A stretch of 64,000 nt of DNA from the human T2T-CHM13v2.0 reference genome, Homo sapiens. The notes under the pieces are model-generated. The model worked only from the letters and a program-made list of their open reading frames with translations. It was not told the DNA's origin and searched no databases. The position numbers were made by a program, and so were the translations under genes. The stretch lies in NCBI RefSeq assembly GCF_009914755.1, contig NC_060928.1, one strand, 5' to 3'. Within the stretch, counting starts at the first letter, position 1, and every line of letters starts with the position of its first letter. Below are positions 43,315 to 57,010 of this stretch, piece after piece.

Positions 43315-44663
43315 CCATCACTTTTCCCAGGCTGTCACCATGGCCAGATTGCTTAGGGAGAGAGTTGCTTTCTCCCTACCTGTATATGGAGCCCGAGTTG
43401 CCCACCTTTCTCTGCTACTGTTCCTCCCTTCTCTGCTCTGGCAACAAATATCTATTGAGCATTGTCTATGGGCCAGGCCTTCTGTGAGGTGCAGTGCTCT
43501 TCCTGGACATGGGTGGGGAGAGGAAGTTGTAGTAAATGCCTAATGATTTCTTTTAAAAGGGCACATATGTGAGCAGAGAGTGGCGAATCCTATACCCACC
43601 TGGAATGTGTGAGGGGCGTTTGGGAGAGTGGTGAGCAAGCGGGTAATCTGGAGGCACCGAGAGGACAGGCATCTCCTGGAAATATTTCTGTTGGCGTTCT
43701 GCACAGAGAGAAAATTTTGCATTAGGGATGCTTTCATCTTTTTAAAACCACCAAAGGCTTTCCTCCTACTTGATTATTGTCATCATGTGGTGTCATTTTG
43801 CATTTGTTAAGGCACCTGGTGGGGTGGCTGCACAGAAACTTCCCTCAGCTGTGTTCCTGGCAAAGAGGGGATGCTACTCAACTCCCTGGTAGCTTTGCTA
43901 AAGCAAACGTAACCACCTGCAGGATAATGGGAATGTTGTGCTCCTTATTTTTAGCAAGCAGAGCCGAATGCGGTAAGCAAAGGGTGATAAATACCCCTTT
44001 ACACTAAACGTTTTACAATAATGAAAAAGCAACCTCTGTCTTAAAATTGGCCATTCTTTTTCATGTAATTTTTTCCCCCTTAGAGCCGACAAATTGACTA
44101 AGTCAGGGTGGCAGACGTGGCTTTCACCAGCCCTGGATAGATTTAACGGGGGCTCACCCACTGGGGCATGCAGACTTTCTGGCTGCGATCTTCTGTACAC
44201 ATTTATCAGGAGGCAGACGCGGGGAAATGTTGCTGGCAGGAAGCAGCCCCAGAGAAAGTATTCACCTTTGTGAGTAAATAATTCCCAGCCCTGAGAGCGG
44301 CTGGGATATAATACAAAGCCCCCACTGGTGGTCTCCTGTGGGCTGGTTCATTTACACTGATTTTACTGCTCATTACGATTAAGGAGGTGCCGGGGCCTCT
44401 CTGACCTCAGGGGTGGAGTGCATGAAGGGTGGCCCCACGCCCCCCGAACTTAGTGGTCTCGTTGTGGGGCCACTGTGCTGGGGTCCCAGAAGGGCTGGAG
44501 TGGGTGGGCATACACATGTGTGTATTTGCTCAGGTGGGCTTCATTTTTCTGCACAGGGATGAGTATATATTTGCCTGGCTGACATTTAAACTGATTCTTA
44601 CTCTGATGGGTGAGACCATACGTTCCATTGCAAGGGAAGCTCACCTGGCCAATGCTCCCCCAC

Positions 44664-45306
<643 letters not shown>

Positions 45307-46664
45307 ACGAGGGACCTCCTGAGAGCAGGGAGCTGAGCACCTCCGCCAAGCAGCACATTGGTTCTGGCTGGAGCCCTTGTCTGCTGGGTGCCAAGTGTCA
45401 GAGAACAATGACGCTTCTCTCTGTGGGGTGGGGAAAGAGCAGAGCTGGCCTCAGACACAAAGAGTGCTGTCACTAACCCCTGAGAGATGTCACTAGGAGA
45501 GGTGTGGAATTCCCTATGAAACAAGTAGGGAGGCTTTCTGTCCTCTCATCACCCAGTGAAATGTCCCTGTCCATCAACCTTTGTGTTCCCAGGTGTCTTG
45601 GGGTATTCTTGTGTATTCACATGGGGTCTTGGATGATGCCAGGCAGTGCTGTGGCATGGACAGGTGTCACTCTGGCTGGACAGTCAGTGGCTAGGGATCT
45701 GGCCTCTCCTGCATTGACAAGAGCCGTAGGGCCTGTGGAGCCAGTGGTCATCGACAGCAGTGAGTTCTCGGTTTCCATGTGGCCACTGGGCCTCCTCTGC
45801 AAAGCCTCTGCAGTGGTCATTCTCTGGATCCCCTTACTCAGCTTTTCTTGGGTAGAGACTCCTCTTTTTTCTTGGGTGACAATCTCAAATCAGTTGTCAA
45901 AGCGTGTATGTTCTAGGCTGTTGCTCCACCACCGAGGCCTCTTTAGACATTGTCCCTCCATCCTCCAAGAAGTTCTAGTCCCTTTTTCTTTCTCAGTGGA
46001 GTCCCCAAGAAGGGACAAAGCTGATGGATTTTGGGGGCAGGGGCAGTTGACAGAGCTGATAGAAACTGAGAGTCTTTTTTAATATTGAGACTTCTTGATG
46101 CGTTGCTCAGGCCTTTGGTCAAGACAAAAACACCACAACTTATGCTACTGGTGCTTGCAGGAAAAATAGAAAGGGGATGTCCCATGCTGGGGATACAGAA
46201 GAATGTAGAGCATATTGGCTTGAAGAGGCAATTATAGCATGACAGCAAGAGGGGAGCAGCAGAGGTGCTGGCTCAGGGGTCTGAAGTGAGGGCTGCCAAG
46301 CAGCAGCAGGGGCTGCTTTTTGTAACATGGAAAGGTTCCCTACAGGCTCTCAGGAATACAATGAGAGAGGAAGCTCATAAAAGTCATAGCAGAGGGGTCA
46401 GACTGCATTAGATGAGTATCGAAATGTTATTCCTGAAGTCTGGGGAACGTTGTATGCCTGTTTCACTGATGGCATTTAAACTGAGGTTCAGAGATGTTAT
46501 GCAAACAATCAAAGACACATACTGCAAAGACCATGTGCTGAGATTCAAACCCAGAACTTTTGGCTTCCTTAGCCTCTGGTTTTCCCATTACATCTTGATG
46601 GCTTCTTGCAGCTGGCTGGGATAAACAGAGGCGGTAGAATGATTGTTAGGCTTTAAAAAGAGTT

Positions 46665-46953
46665 AATGGCTTCCAGCTTCATCCATCCTCCTCAGCAAAC
46701 TAACACAGGAAGAGAAAACCAAACACTGCATGTTGTTGCTCATAAGTAGGAGTTGAACAATGAGAACGCATGGACACAGGGAGGGGAGCAACACACACTG
46801 GGGCCTGTTGCAGGGTGGGGGGTGAGGGGAGGGAGCTTAGAGAACGGGTCAATAGTTGCAGCAAACCACCATGGCACAAGTATACCTATGTAACAAACCT
46901 GCACATTCTGCACATGTATCCTGGAACTTAAAATAAATATTAAAAAAATACAA
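46665..46953 (+). mobile_element. Short L1PA (PA8-PA10-like) 3' end with a ~22-bp 5' inversion
   Basis: AATGGCTTCCAGCTTCATCCAT (antisense L1) is followed by sense CTCAGCAAACTAACACAGG... TSD AAAAAGAG(T/A)TAAT. Confidence 0.88.
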
Positions 46954-47009
46954 AAAAAGAGATAATTGAATGAGCAATGGTACAGAAGGAGTATGTGATA
47001 AAAACAGCC

Positions 47010-47450
47010 AACATTTGCTTCACCCTTCATCTAATCCTCAAAACAACTCAATAATTTATTATGATGACTAGCATCATCTTCATTTTAATGTGAGAAAGCT
47101 GAGTTTCAGATAAGTGAAATAACTTGCCCAAAGTTGAGTGGGTCTAGAACCTTACTCTGAGCTACTCCCAGACCTGGTCAGGGCTGCAATTTATCAGTAA
47201 ATGTATCTGTTGACTGCGCCCCACTGCACATGGGGGACCCCCCAGCCAGACACCTGCAAACACTCTTAAATTTCATCCTCACCCTCAACTCTGTGAGGGA
47301 AGGTATATTTACTCCAGTTTAACAGATAAAGGAATTGAATCTCAGAGAAGTCAAACAACTTATCCCTGGCCACGCAGCTAATAGGTGGCAGAGCTGGGGC
47401 TTGACCCCGGATCTTTCTGACATAATACAATCTTGTGCTTTTCCTCCTAT
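47010..47450 (-). mobile_element. Two MIR relics
   Basis: CATCTAATCCTCAAAACAAC...AACTTGCCCAAAG; CATCCTCACCCTCAACTCTGTGAGG...GGCAGAGCTGGGGCTTGACCC. Confidence 0.7.
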
Positions 47451-48034
47451 ATTGATTGTTTCCACACCTGGAAATAACATCTGAACTACCCAGGGAGCAT
47501 TTATAAAATATAGATTCTTAAGTCTCATCCCCAGAGATGGCTGGGGCAGGCCTGGGAATCAGCATTTTGCAGAAGCCTTTCAGTAACAGGAACTGCTGCC
47601 CCACGGCACAGTGCAATGAGTGTGGCGATCCTAAGGCCAGAGGAAGGCTGCAGTTGCCCTGGGCAGGGACCGTGCTCCTGAGAGAGGGTGGGAAGTACAA
47701 CCCTTCACATTCTTGGCACCTCTGACATTGATTTGCTGTGTGACTGCTGATCAGACAACCATACCATTGGTCGTTTGATTTTCAGACATATAAGATTAGC
47801 AGCTAATGCAGGTGTTTCCTTTATTCGATTCTGATATGGAAAGGAGCGACCAAAACAAAAGTCTCATCTGCAGAATGTTTAGATGGCTCTAGACAGTGTG
47901 GCCAAGAAGAGGGGCTGGTGTTGGCAGAACCGGCCCACAGACAGGACAGAGGAATTCATGGTGAGTTACCTCCCTGTCTGGTCCTTAACTTCCATGTCTG
48001 TAATGTGAGTACGTTGAATGATTAGCACTTCTTA

Positions 48035-48340
48035 GAGCATGATCTGGAACTTCCTGCACCTAAAACACATACACAGCTTGTTAAAAATGCAGATTGCATT
48101 CACTAGAATGTAAGCTCCACAACAGCAAAGGGCTATTTGTTCAATACCATGTCCCTAGGCCCAGAAACAGAGCTTGGCATGTAGTAGGAACTTATTAAAT
48201 ATTTGCTGAACGATTGAATGGAATCTTGGAAACCAGCCCAGGCCTACTGAATTAGCGTCTCTACATGGGGCTAGGAATCTGGGAATCTTTCTGAAGAGCT
48301 GCAGGTGATTCTTAAGAGCATTAGCATTTGGGAACCACTG
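48035..48340. mobile_element. MER5-like hAT relic interrupted by an L2 3' end (~48100-48220)
   Basis: CTTGTTAAAAATGCAGATT | CACTAGAATGTAAGCTCCAC...AAATATTTGCTGAA | CCTACTGAAT...CAGGTGATTCT...TTTGGGAACCACTG. Confidence 0.6.
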
Positions 48341-50354
48341 AAACTGGTAGTTGCCACCATTTTTCTGGTTTGACCTTGGACATTCCCTTGGCTTGTTGCC
48401 ATATCCAACCTACAGCTGAATCCTATGGCAATTTCTCTTAAAAGGGAGAAAAAGAGATAACTGTTGAGAAGCTCTTGTTTTTATATGAAGTCATCAGGAG
48501 GGTTTCCCACCAGCCTCTCCTTCTCCATCCTGCAAAGAACAAGGGGAGTGTCCAGGCCTGAGACCTGTGGTGATGGAACAGACGGAGGCCAGGAAATGCT
48601 GAGGACAGATGCATGGCTAGGACCTCAGCCTGTGTGGTGCGCCTGTGGCCCCTGGGCTGTTCCCAGCAGCCTCATCAGTATGAGGTGCATTCCCTGGGAG
48701 GCACACTGCCCTCCTGAGCATTGCATTCTGGTTGGGGAGGAACCCATACTGCAGCACTACTTTGTGGCCCGTCCCCATTTATCAAATTACCCAGATTATT
48801 TGAGTTGACGTGGACAGCTGAATCCTCTTGTGAGCTGCTTACCTGGGAAGCCACTTTAGTGACTTGCCACAGGGGCTCAGGGGATAGGGCATACCGCATG
48901 TCCTTCCCTTCTGAATGGCCAGTGGCTTCTGTCCTCCTGCCTGCAGGAGGAGGACCCCAAGGGAACCCAAAGCACATTCCAGAAGAAACTTGGTGAGAGC
49001 TTGGTGTCTGGGCAGGGGGCCTCATTTTGGTCCACGTTTCTCAACCAAGGCTGCATATCAGGTTGCTTGAGGGAGCTTTTGAAAGACTAATGCCTGCTCC
49101 ACCCTAAACCAATTAAATGTGAACCTCTGAAGGTGCGTACTAGAAATGCACATTTTTTATAGTCAAGGTTGCAAACTGTCAATTAGGTGGAGCTGATGTT
49201 TAGTTGCCTTTTAAGACCACTTTCTTTGGGTTTTGTTTGCTCTGTCAAATGTTGTTTAAAAATTAACACACTTTTTTAAGAGCAATTTTAGGTTTATAGC
49301 AAAAATGAGCAGAAATTAGAGAGAATTCCAATATACCCTCCTCCCTTCTCCCTTTCCTTCCGCAAGCTCCCCTTTCAAATGCTGTTTTCCATACAATCAG
49401 CATTGCATGGTTTGCAGTGACCAAGGAATGACTCTCAGATTTCCTCACATCACAAGATGCTCCCTAAAACTGCCTAAGCACAAACCTAGTGTTGGCATAG
49501 GTTTCACAATACCTCTTTGGAAAAATGGCGGAATCCCTGGCCTTTTTGTGGCCACAGTGTGTCTGTGGTGGGCTGGCTACTCCCCTCTGACTGGCTGCAA
49601 GTCAGCTTGCAAGATTTCTCTGCTGTGCGCTCTGTAGGTAAAACCCTCCTTTCTCAGGGATGAGTCTACAAGGCAACCGGCGTGAGGGTGCATATAGAAA
49701 AGGGCTCAGGAATGGATTGTAAAATAATCACGTTCGAATCGCCTTAAAACAAAGCCATCCCTCCACCTCCAATTTGTCCCCATTTTTTTCTAAAATGTTC
49801 TTCTGCTTTTTGAAAATCTTATTTTTGGCTTAATTCTCAACTTTTTAAATGTAAAAACATTTCACTAGGGGGCACTTCAAGACTGAGTAAGAAAAAACCC
49901 CCAGCAACTTGGTGACAATACATTCCACTTCACCATTAACTGGGTAAACAGTCCTGTACAAAACAAAATATAAAAAATACATAAGGAATTAAAAATGTAT
50001 TTAGCTGAAACTGTGACTCGATTTCTGCGAGTCATTTTCTACACCTGTTTTCTTCAAACTGGACAGAAGTGGCATTCTTGGTCTTGCTGACAATTTTGAC
50101 CTGAGTATTAGAATTGTAATAATAATGATAATAATAATAATAGTCTCTTCCTCTGGTTAAAACAGACACTTTGCTTACTGCAGTCATTTGATGCAACTGA
50201 GCGTTTAAGACTTTTATTCAGAAATTTATGTTTGAGAAATGTTTTCTTTCTCAACATTAATGGGGAGTGTGAATGTAAGAGCTAGCAGCTTTTTGGTGCG
50301 GGATTAGTGGAGGAATTTTCTGCAGCAGAGAGAAGGTCTGCAGGGGGAATCTGG

Positions 50355-50495
50355 GACCTGAGTTCTAGCCCTGGCTCATTTCTATCCAGCAGTGTGACCT
50401 TGGACAAGTTGCTGTCCCTCTTCGGACCTCAATATCCTTATTTGTAAAATGATAGTATCGTACTGGAAGACACTTAAGATCTCTTTCCAGTCTGA
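50355..50495 (+). mobile_element. MIR core
   Basis: CCTGAGTTCTAGCCCTGGCTC...GTGTGACCTTGGACAAGT...CCTCAATATCCTTATTTGTAAAATG. Confidence 0.75.
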
Positions 50496-50650
50496 CCTGC
50501 TGTCCCCCAAGCAGTCTCCCTGTGGTGAGAGCGCTCACACTGCATTTTTCCTGAACTGTTGCATGAAAAGCTAAACTCAAGGCAATTCTGGGAGAAAGGC
50601 AGAGAGACAGAAGGATACGGGCATGAGTCTTGGTTCTCCCCTTTGGGAGG

Positions 50651-51085
50651 TGTTATGGGTCTAATCGTGTCCCCCAAAAGATGTTGAAGTCTCAGGACCG
50701 GTGAATGTAGCCTTATTTGGTGATAGGGGTGGTGCAGATGATCAAGTTAAGACGACATCATGAGGATGGGCCCTAAGCCAATATGACGGTGTTCTTTATA
50801 AAAGGGAAATTTATATGCAGAGATAGACACAGACAATGGGAACATCATGTGAAGGTGAAGGCAGGGACTGGGGTGATGTATCGACAAGCGAAGGAATGCC
50901 AGCAGCCACCAGAGGCGACGGGAGAGCGTGGAACAGATTCTCCCTCACAGCACTCAGAAGGAGGCAACCCTGCCAACATCTTGATCTTGGACTTGCAGCT
51001 TCCAGACTGTCAAATAATAAATTTCTGTGATTTTCAGCACCTGGTGTGTGGTACTTTGTTACAACAGCCCTAGAAAACGAATGCA
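50651..51085 (+). mobile_element. MaLR LTR (MLT1B-like)
   Basis: TGTTATGGG...GAATGCA. 5-bp TSD GGAGG/GGAGA. Confidence 0.88.
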
Positions 51086-53094
51086 GGAGAGTATTTAACC
51101 TTAGCCTTCACCCTATAAGGATGTGAGCAATGATTAAATGAGAAGATGTACAGGAAAGCCCCTTGCATGCAAGGCTTGCCATCTGGTAGGTGTTTATCAA
51201 ATGTTAATGATTGTAAGGAAGGAACAAAGGAGAGAGGAAGGAGAGGATGGAGGAATGAGGAAGGAAACTCTTGATACGAAGCACCTGTTAGGTGCTGGAA
51301 ACTTTATATATTGATCTTTAATTCTCAGTAACAACCATATTGTTGCTGAGAGACTGGGGCCCCTCAGAGGGACAGCCATTTGCAGAAGGTCATGGAGCTA
51401 GGAAGTGACATTAAACTGGGCCCATCTGACTCCAAAACCTGTGCTGTTTCCACACTGCTATGCTTGTTGTTAGGGCCAAGTATTATTTATCCTGCCATGA
51501 TAAACCACATTCATTCATTCATTCATTCACTCATTCATTCACTTCCTCATCATTCAAGAGAGAAAAGGGGAAGGAGGCAGGTCCATTTCAATGAGCTGAT
51601 GGCAGACTTGATTCCAAGAAGTCATGGTTTGACTTTCTAGAACAGCTGACATTAATTGTCCACAAGATTGTTTGCTGCTGGATGCCAGCGTGAGGCTGTC
51701 TAGGGAAAGCAGATCCCAGAAGCCAAACCAGGAGGACTTGGAGCAAAAAACGGGGCGAATCACGTTACTTTAGTTTCTTCCCTAAATAAATATGTCCACA
51801 CTCTGTTTTAAAGGGCATTCACGGACGACTCAAAACCAGGTTTATTCCAGGCAGAATCCCTTCAGACCCCAAATCTGTCTTGGTTATTGGCCCATTCCTC
51901 ATTTGGTATTTCCCCTCTTTGGGCCAGCCCCATCCTCATCCTTGTCATTCTTGCCTCTCCACATCCCCCTACTCCCATCCCATCCTGTCCCATCCTGTCC
52001 ATCCCATCCCATCCCACCCCAGTTAAGTGAGACATTCACCTGGAGTTTGTCTCAGTTTCTGAAGTTATAGAGGTGAGCTAAAGAGGGAGCCCTGGAAGGC
52101 CCCAGGTTGTTGCAATACCATGGGATGTGCAAGTAGGCACTGGATGGGGTTATCCAGGAGGGCTTCCTAGAGGAGGGGATGACAAGCAATGGTATTGGAG
52201 AATGCAACAGGACAACCTTCCAGGCTCAGGGAACAGCATGCGCAAAGGCCTGATGCCCAAAATAGCAAGGCAAGTGCAGACAACTGGAAACAATTAGGAA
52301 TTGGGCATAAAACGTAAGAGAAGGGAGTGAGAGAAGGCTGGAGGGTTAGCAAATTCCGGGTCACTAAGTGACCCTGGCATTTCAGAGCCGCCCTCCAAGG
52401 CACCCATTCTGCTCACCATTTCCAGAAGCCCCTCTCTGCTGTGCTTCCTGCAGCCCTCGACTCTCCTCCGCTTAACTTTCTGGGATCTAAAGGGGGCTCC
52501 TCTCTTCTCTCTGCTTTTACCAAATCATGCATTCCTTCACAGTGCAGTCATTCAGCTCATTGCTATGGAGTGTCTAGTCTCTACTAGGTCCTGCTCCAGC
52601 TCCTGGGTCCCAGTGGGGAAGAGTCATGGCACCAGTGGAGAGTGGTTTATGTGCTTCTTAGCTAAGGCATTTTAGAAATAAACAACAATTTAGTGGCAGG
52701 CTGGAGGGGAACTATTTGGGGATAGTCAGCCCCCCTCCTTGGAGCAGACTATGATGCGACGTGGCTGTCTGGGCACACAGCTGTTTGAGCCTCCTCCCTG
52801 TTCCCAACCTCTCTGGGCGTTCAGCTTCTCTCATCTCAGTTCTTCTGTTGCCTTGGTAAGGCTCTTGGAGACACCTTTCTCGTGGCTGACACTGCCTGGA
52901 AACTTCAGGAGGACAGATACGTCCTGAGCACATCCTGCCTGGTTGGGCTTTATTGGTAACCTCAGTGTGGCCCTAATGGGAGGCCTCTTTGGGGCCAGTT
53001 CTGAATATCTTCGTGTTCACCGTGATCTCATTGGTGCCACTGAGCTCAGGCATTTCTCTTTTTTTATTCCTGAGCTTCCCCACATGTATCCCTG

Positions 53095-53556
53095 GGTGCA
53101 TTCGTGTTGTAGGACTTCCATAACACACTGCTGCAAGCTGGGTGGCTTATAGCGACAGACATGTATTGTCTTACAGTTTTACAGGACTAAAGTCTGAAAT
53201 CTAGATGTTGGCAGAGCCATCATTTCTCTGAAGTCTCTAGGGGAGAATCCTTCCTTGGCTCTTCTAGCTTCTTGTGGTTGCAGGCAGTCCTTGGCATTTG
53301 TTGGTTGTGGCAGCGTCCCTCCAGTCTCTGCTGCCGTCTTCACACGGTCTTTCCCCCTGTATGTCTGTGTGTCTCCCATTCCCTCTCCTTGCAAGGATAC
53401 CAGTCATTGGATTTAAGGCCCATTCTAAGCCAGGAGGGGTTTATCTTAATTTGATTACATCTCTAAAGACCCTGTTTCCAAATAAGGTCACATTCACAAG
53501 TACCAGGGATTCAGACTTCAGCACATATTTTGGGGAATACGATTGACTCCACAATA
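53095..53556 (-). mobile_element. MaLR LTR (MLT1C-like)
   Basis: CTGGGTGGCTTA...CTCTAGGGGAGAATCCTTCCTTG...CCAAATAAGGTCACATTCACA. Confidence 0.85.
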
Positions 53557-53770
53557 CTGGATGTGAGAAGCAAAGCTTTTCCTTTGGAGCATGTTAAGCC
53601 TGACTTCCACTTATCATATAAGAAGCAGGGCCCCAAGTTTCTCCCAGCACTTCTAAAGCTAGAAGGCTTGTTCTGTCAGGGAGAGCTTGGTCCATGACAT
53701 CAGGTAGACAGTCAGTGGGTGCTGAAGTCTAGACAGAAATGAAAATGGATCTGCTGAATTCCAGAATGTG

Positions 53771-53896
53771 GAGAAAGACACAGAGAGAAAGAGAGAGAGA
53801 CAGAGAGACAGAGAGAGAGAGACAGAGAGACAGAGAGAGACAGACAGAGATACAGAGAGAGAGAGAGAGACAGAGAGAGACAGAGAGAGAGAGAGA
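53771..53896. repeat. (GA)/(GACA)n compound microsatellite
   Basis: Purine-rich GAGA/GACA run. Confidence 0.95.
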
Positions 53897-55669
53897 CTGT
53901 CTCTAGCTATTGTTCCCACTCCTTTTTTGCAGATCCTTGCTACAGTTTGCTGGTGAGTGGGGTGGGGCACCTGATGCTGGGTTTAACGATCTATTCCCAT
54001 TCCTGAGTGTTTAGCTCTGTTCTGTGTAACAGTCCGTTCTTATTTTACCATTTAGTTCCCAGTGGCTCCTCAAGGTGTAAGGTAACACGGTAAGGCTTGG
54101 TCAGCAGGTCTAGGTGTGGCAGCCTGTTTCCCAACTGCAGATCAGCTTAGGGGAAGCAGAAATTTCTCTGCACTGAGTCAGGACCAAAAGCAGAACATCA
54201 CAGCTACCAAGTGCAGCCGATCAGACGTGCCTAGGAAAGCGATGATGCCCATCGATTGGTGTGAACTTTCTAGAAACGTCTAGGAAACAGGTGGGGTTGC
54301 GTCTGTGGTCTGAAGCGAAATATTTGTGCTCCTCTGAGTCAGGTGTTTATCAGATCTTTTCCATAAAACAAACCTTGTTTGTTTTGAAGCAGTTATCTTT
54401 TGAGTGCCTTTCTCTAAACAGATTTCTAGTCATTACGTATTCAGTTGAGAACGGCAATTTCTCTTACCATTTCTCCTGAGCACGGCAGGCCAGTCGTATG
54501 TGGAGGGGGGGCATGCAAGTCTGACTCGCCCTTACATCAGTAGCAGCGGCTGATGGGTGAGGAAACGAGCACGTTTTCTCTTAGGGAAACAGTGTTTTAA
54601 TGTGGCTCCAGTAGGCACTGTCCAGAACTCTCTTTTCCCACCCAGGCTGGCGTGTTCTCCACCAGAGCACTTAGGAGACGTGCTGAGATGTTAAGTACTG
54701 AGGGGTGAGGGATGTTTTTGTTGCTGTGCTCGGCAAAGCCGACTGCTTTTTACAAACACATTAAACATTAATATCTACAGAATGGGCAGTTTTATAGTGC
54801 ACAAGCAAGAGTTTCTTGGACACGGATTTATTTATTTTTTATTAATGTAACCTTAGTATGCCGCATATTTCTTGCAGAGCTCCAGATCTCAAAGGCCTTC
54901 GCTGGACCCAGTGAATACTTTATGATTCCATTTAAGACCAAGGGAACCAATAAACTCACCCCAATTTACATTTCAGTGGAGTCTCATAAGTAATGCATGC
55001 CTGCATACTGCTGGCCCTCAACTGTCTCCCGGACTGCCTTTAATACCTCATCACACGCGTGACCTTTTCAGGAGGCTGAGAACAGAGGAGTGTTCTCTTC
55101 AAACTGTTTTCTTTTTCTTGCCTCAACACGTGAAACCTCTGTCTGTGGCCATGAATAGATAATCCTAAGGAGCTGGTGGCTGGGAGGTCTTGTGCCCTCT
55201 TCCCTCTCTCGCCCTTCCTGAGCCCCTCAGGCCCATGGTTTCAGACACCACCTCTAAGCCCTGCCTTTGAGAAGCGTACCTGCAGCCCTGAGCCAGCAGG
55301 CCAGCTCTAGGCCTGAATTCCCACTGCTTTTATTCTAGAGGGTTGTACAGTTTTTGTTTCAAAACTAATTTTTCTCTAACAGAATCCCTAAGCCACTCCC
55401 CAGGATGATTTCTTGGTTTCTGTCTCATGGCGACTGTGCTCCATCAGTGGGCATGGGAAGCTCAGGGCTGTCCTGCACAGTGCCTCTTCGACTCATCCTT
55501 CCCCACTCCTGGACCTGGGAGCTGCTCACACTTGGCAATCCTTCCAGCATACCTCCTCCCCGGCAGCCAGTGCTGTCTTTAAATGGAGTGAAGTGGATCA
55601 TACTACTCCCCTGCCCAGAATCTTCCAGTGGTTCCCAATCCTCTAACTTCTGCCCAGGTTTCCAGTCTA

Positions 55670-55966
55670 TTGGCCTGACCTGTGAATTTCAGACTTGCCA
55701 GCTCCCACAATTGTATGTGCCAACTCCTTAAAATATAACTCTTTATATCTACATATACATGCACACACACATGCATACACATATGCCTGCATATACATAT
55801 ACATATGTATATAGGCTTATATATGTACTGTACATGTGTATCTACATAGATCTGTGCATATATGTATGTGTGTATCATATCTATCAATCTATCAGTCTAT
55901 CTGTCTATCTATTTATCTATCTAATTTCCTATTGGTTCTGTTTTTCTGGAGAATCCTGACTGATAT
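55670..55966 (+). mobile_element. MLT2 (ERVL) LTR 3' part with expanded (CA/TA/TCTA) tract
   Basis: TTTCAGACTTGCCAGCTCCCACAATTG...CCTATTGGTTCTGTTTTTCTGGAGAATCCTGACTGATA. Confidence 0.8.
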
Positions 55967-56024
55967 GGAATTTGGAGTCCCCTTTACTAACCATCTGGTA
56001 TACATACCATTCTCTCACATTGTT

Positions 56025-56565
56025 GTCTGTGACATCTACAAATTATTTAGCACGCCTCCTATAAAAAGGTGGAATCCAATTTTCCACTTCTTGAATATGG
56101 ACTGGCTTTAGTGACTCACCTCTAGGAAGAGAATGCAATGGAAGTGGTGCTGGAGGACCCCTGAGTCTAGATTAGAAGATGCAAGGTAGTGCCAGCCTGC
56201 CACTCATGCCCCCTTTCTGTCCCTGTCTCTCATCTATCTTAGGATGTTTGCGCTTGGGATTTACCCACCATATTGTGAGGAAGCCTATACTACATGGAGA
56301 GGCCATGTGATGTTCCAGCCAACAGTACCGTGTCAGATGCCAGCTGCCAGCCAGCATCAACTCCAGACAGGTGAGAGAAAAAGGCTCCAGATGGTTCCAG
56401 CCTCTAACCTCAGAGCTGCTCCAGAGATGCTGAGTAGAGCTGAGATGGGCTGTCCCCACTCAGCCCCGCCCAACCTGCAGAATCGAGACAAAAAACAAAG
56501 GATGATGATTATTAAAACCCACTCTTTGGTGGTTGATATTTATATAATAATAGATAGCAGGAACA
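56025..56565 (+). mobile_element. MaLR LTR (MLT1F/G/H-like)
   Basis: AGGTGGAATCC...TTGAATATGGACTGGCTTTAGTGACTCAC...ATAGATAGCAGGAACA. Confidence 0.75.
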
Positions 56566-56574
56566 TTCTCTCTC

Positions 56575-56775
56575 CTTTTATACTGCTAGCTTTTTAAAAA
56601 ATTTTCATATCACTATTTGGAATTATGCATCAGCTTGTTTATTATCTGTCTTTTCCATTAAATATAAGTTCCACGAGGGAAGAAATTTTTTCTATCCTAT
56701 CTATTATTTTACCCTAGTGCCTATAAGAGCACTTGGCACATCGAAGGCACCCAGTAAATATTTCTCAATGAGTAA
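56575..56775 (+). mobile_element. L2 3' end
   Basis: ATATAAGTTCCACGAGGG...CCCTAGTGCCTA...TGGCACAT...CAGTAAATATTT. Confidence 0.7.
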
Positions 56776-57010
56776 TCCTCCTGAATCTACTGAATTATAC
56801 TTTCTTATTTTCTTTCTTCCCTGTCTTCCTTTCTTCCTGCTCTACCTCAATCTTTCTTTTTCTTTCAACTTCCTTTAGTTCTTTCTTTCTTATTATTTCC
56901 CTTGCTTGTTCCTTCAAAAAATTTTAATACTTTTTAATCACTTAAGTTTCACATAAATACATTTTTATTGTAAATAATTAAAATACTTCAGGTAAAATCA
57001 AATCCTTCTT

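Noticed and set aside
45504-46082. 192-aa ORF, the longest non-L1 ORF
   Set aside because: GTG start, no recognisable domain, composition typical of non-coding DNA. An ORF of this length can arise by chance in 64 kb.
53659-53970. Low-complexity ORFs (SLSL, ERER, YIYI; also at 55603-56111 and 61253-61739)
   Set aside because: Microsatellite translations.
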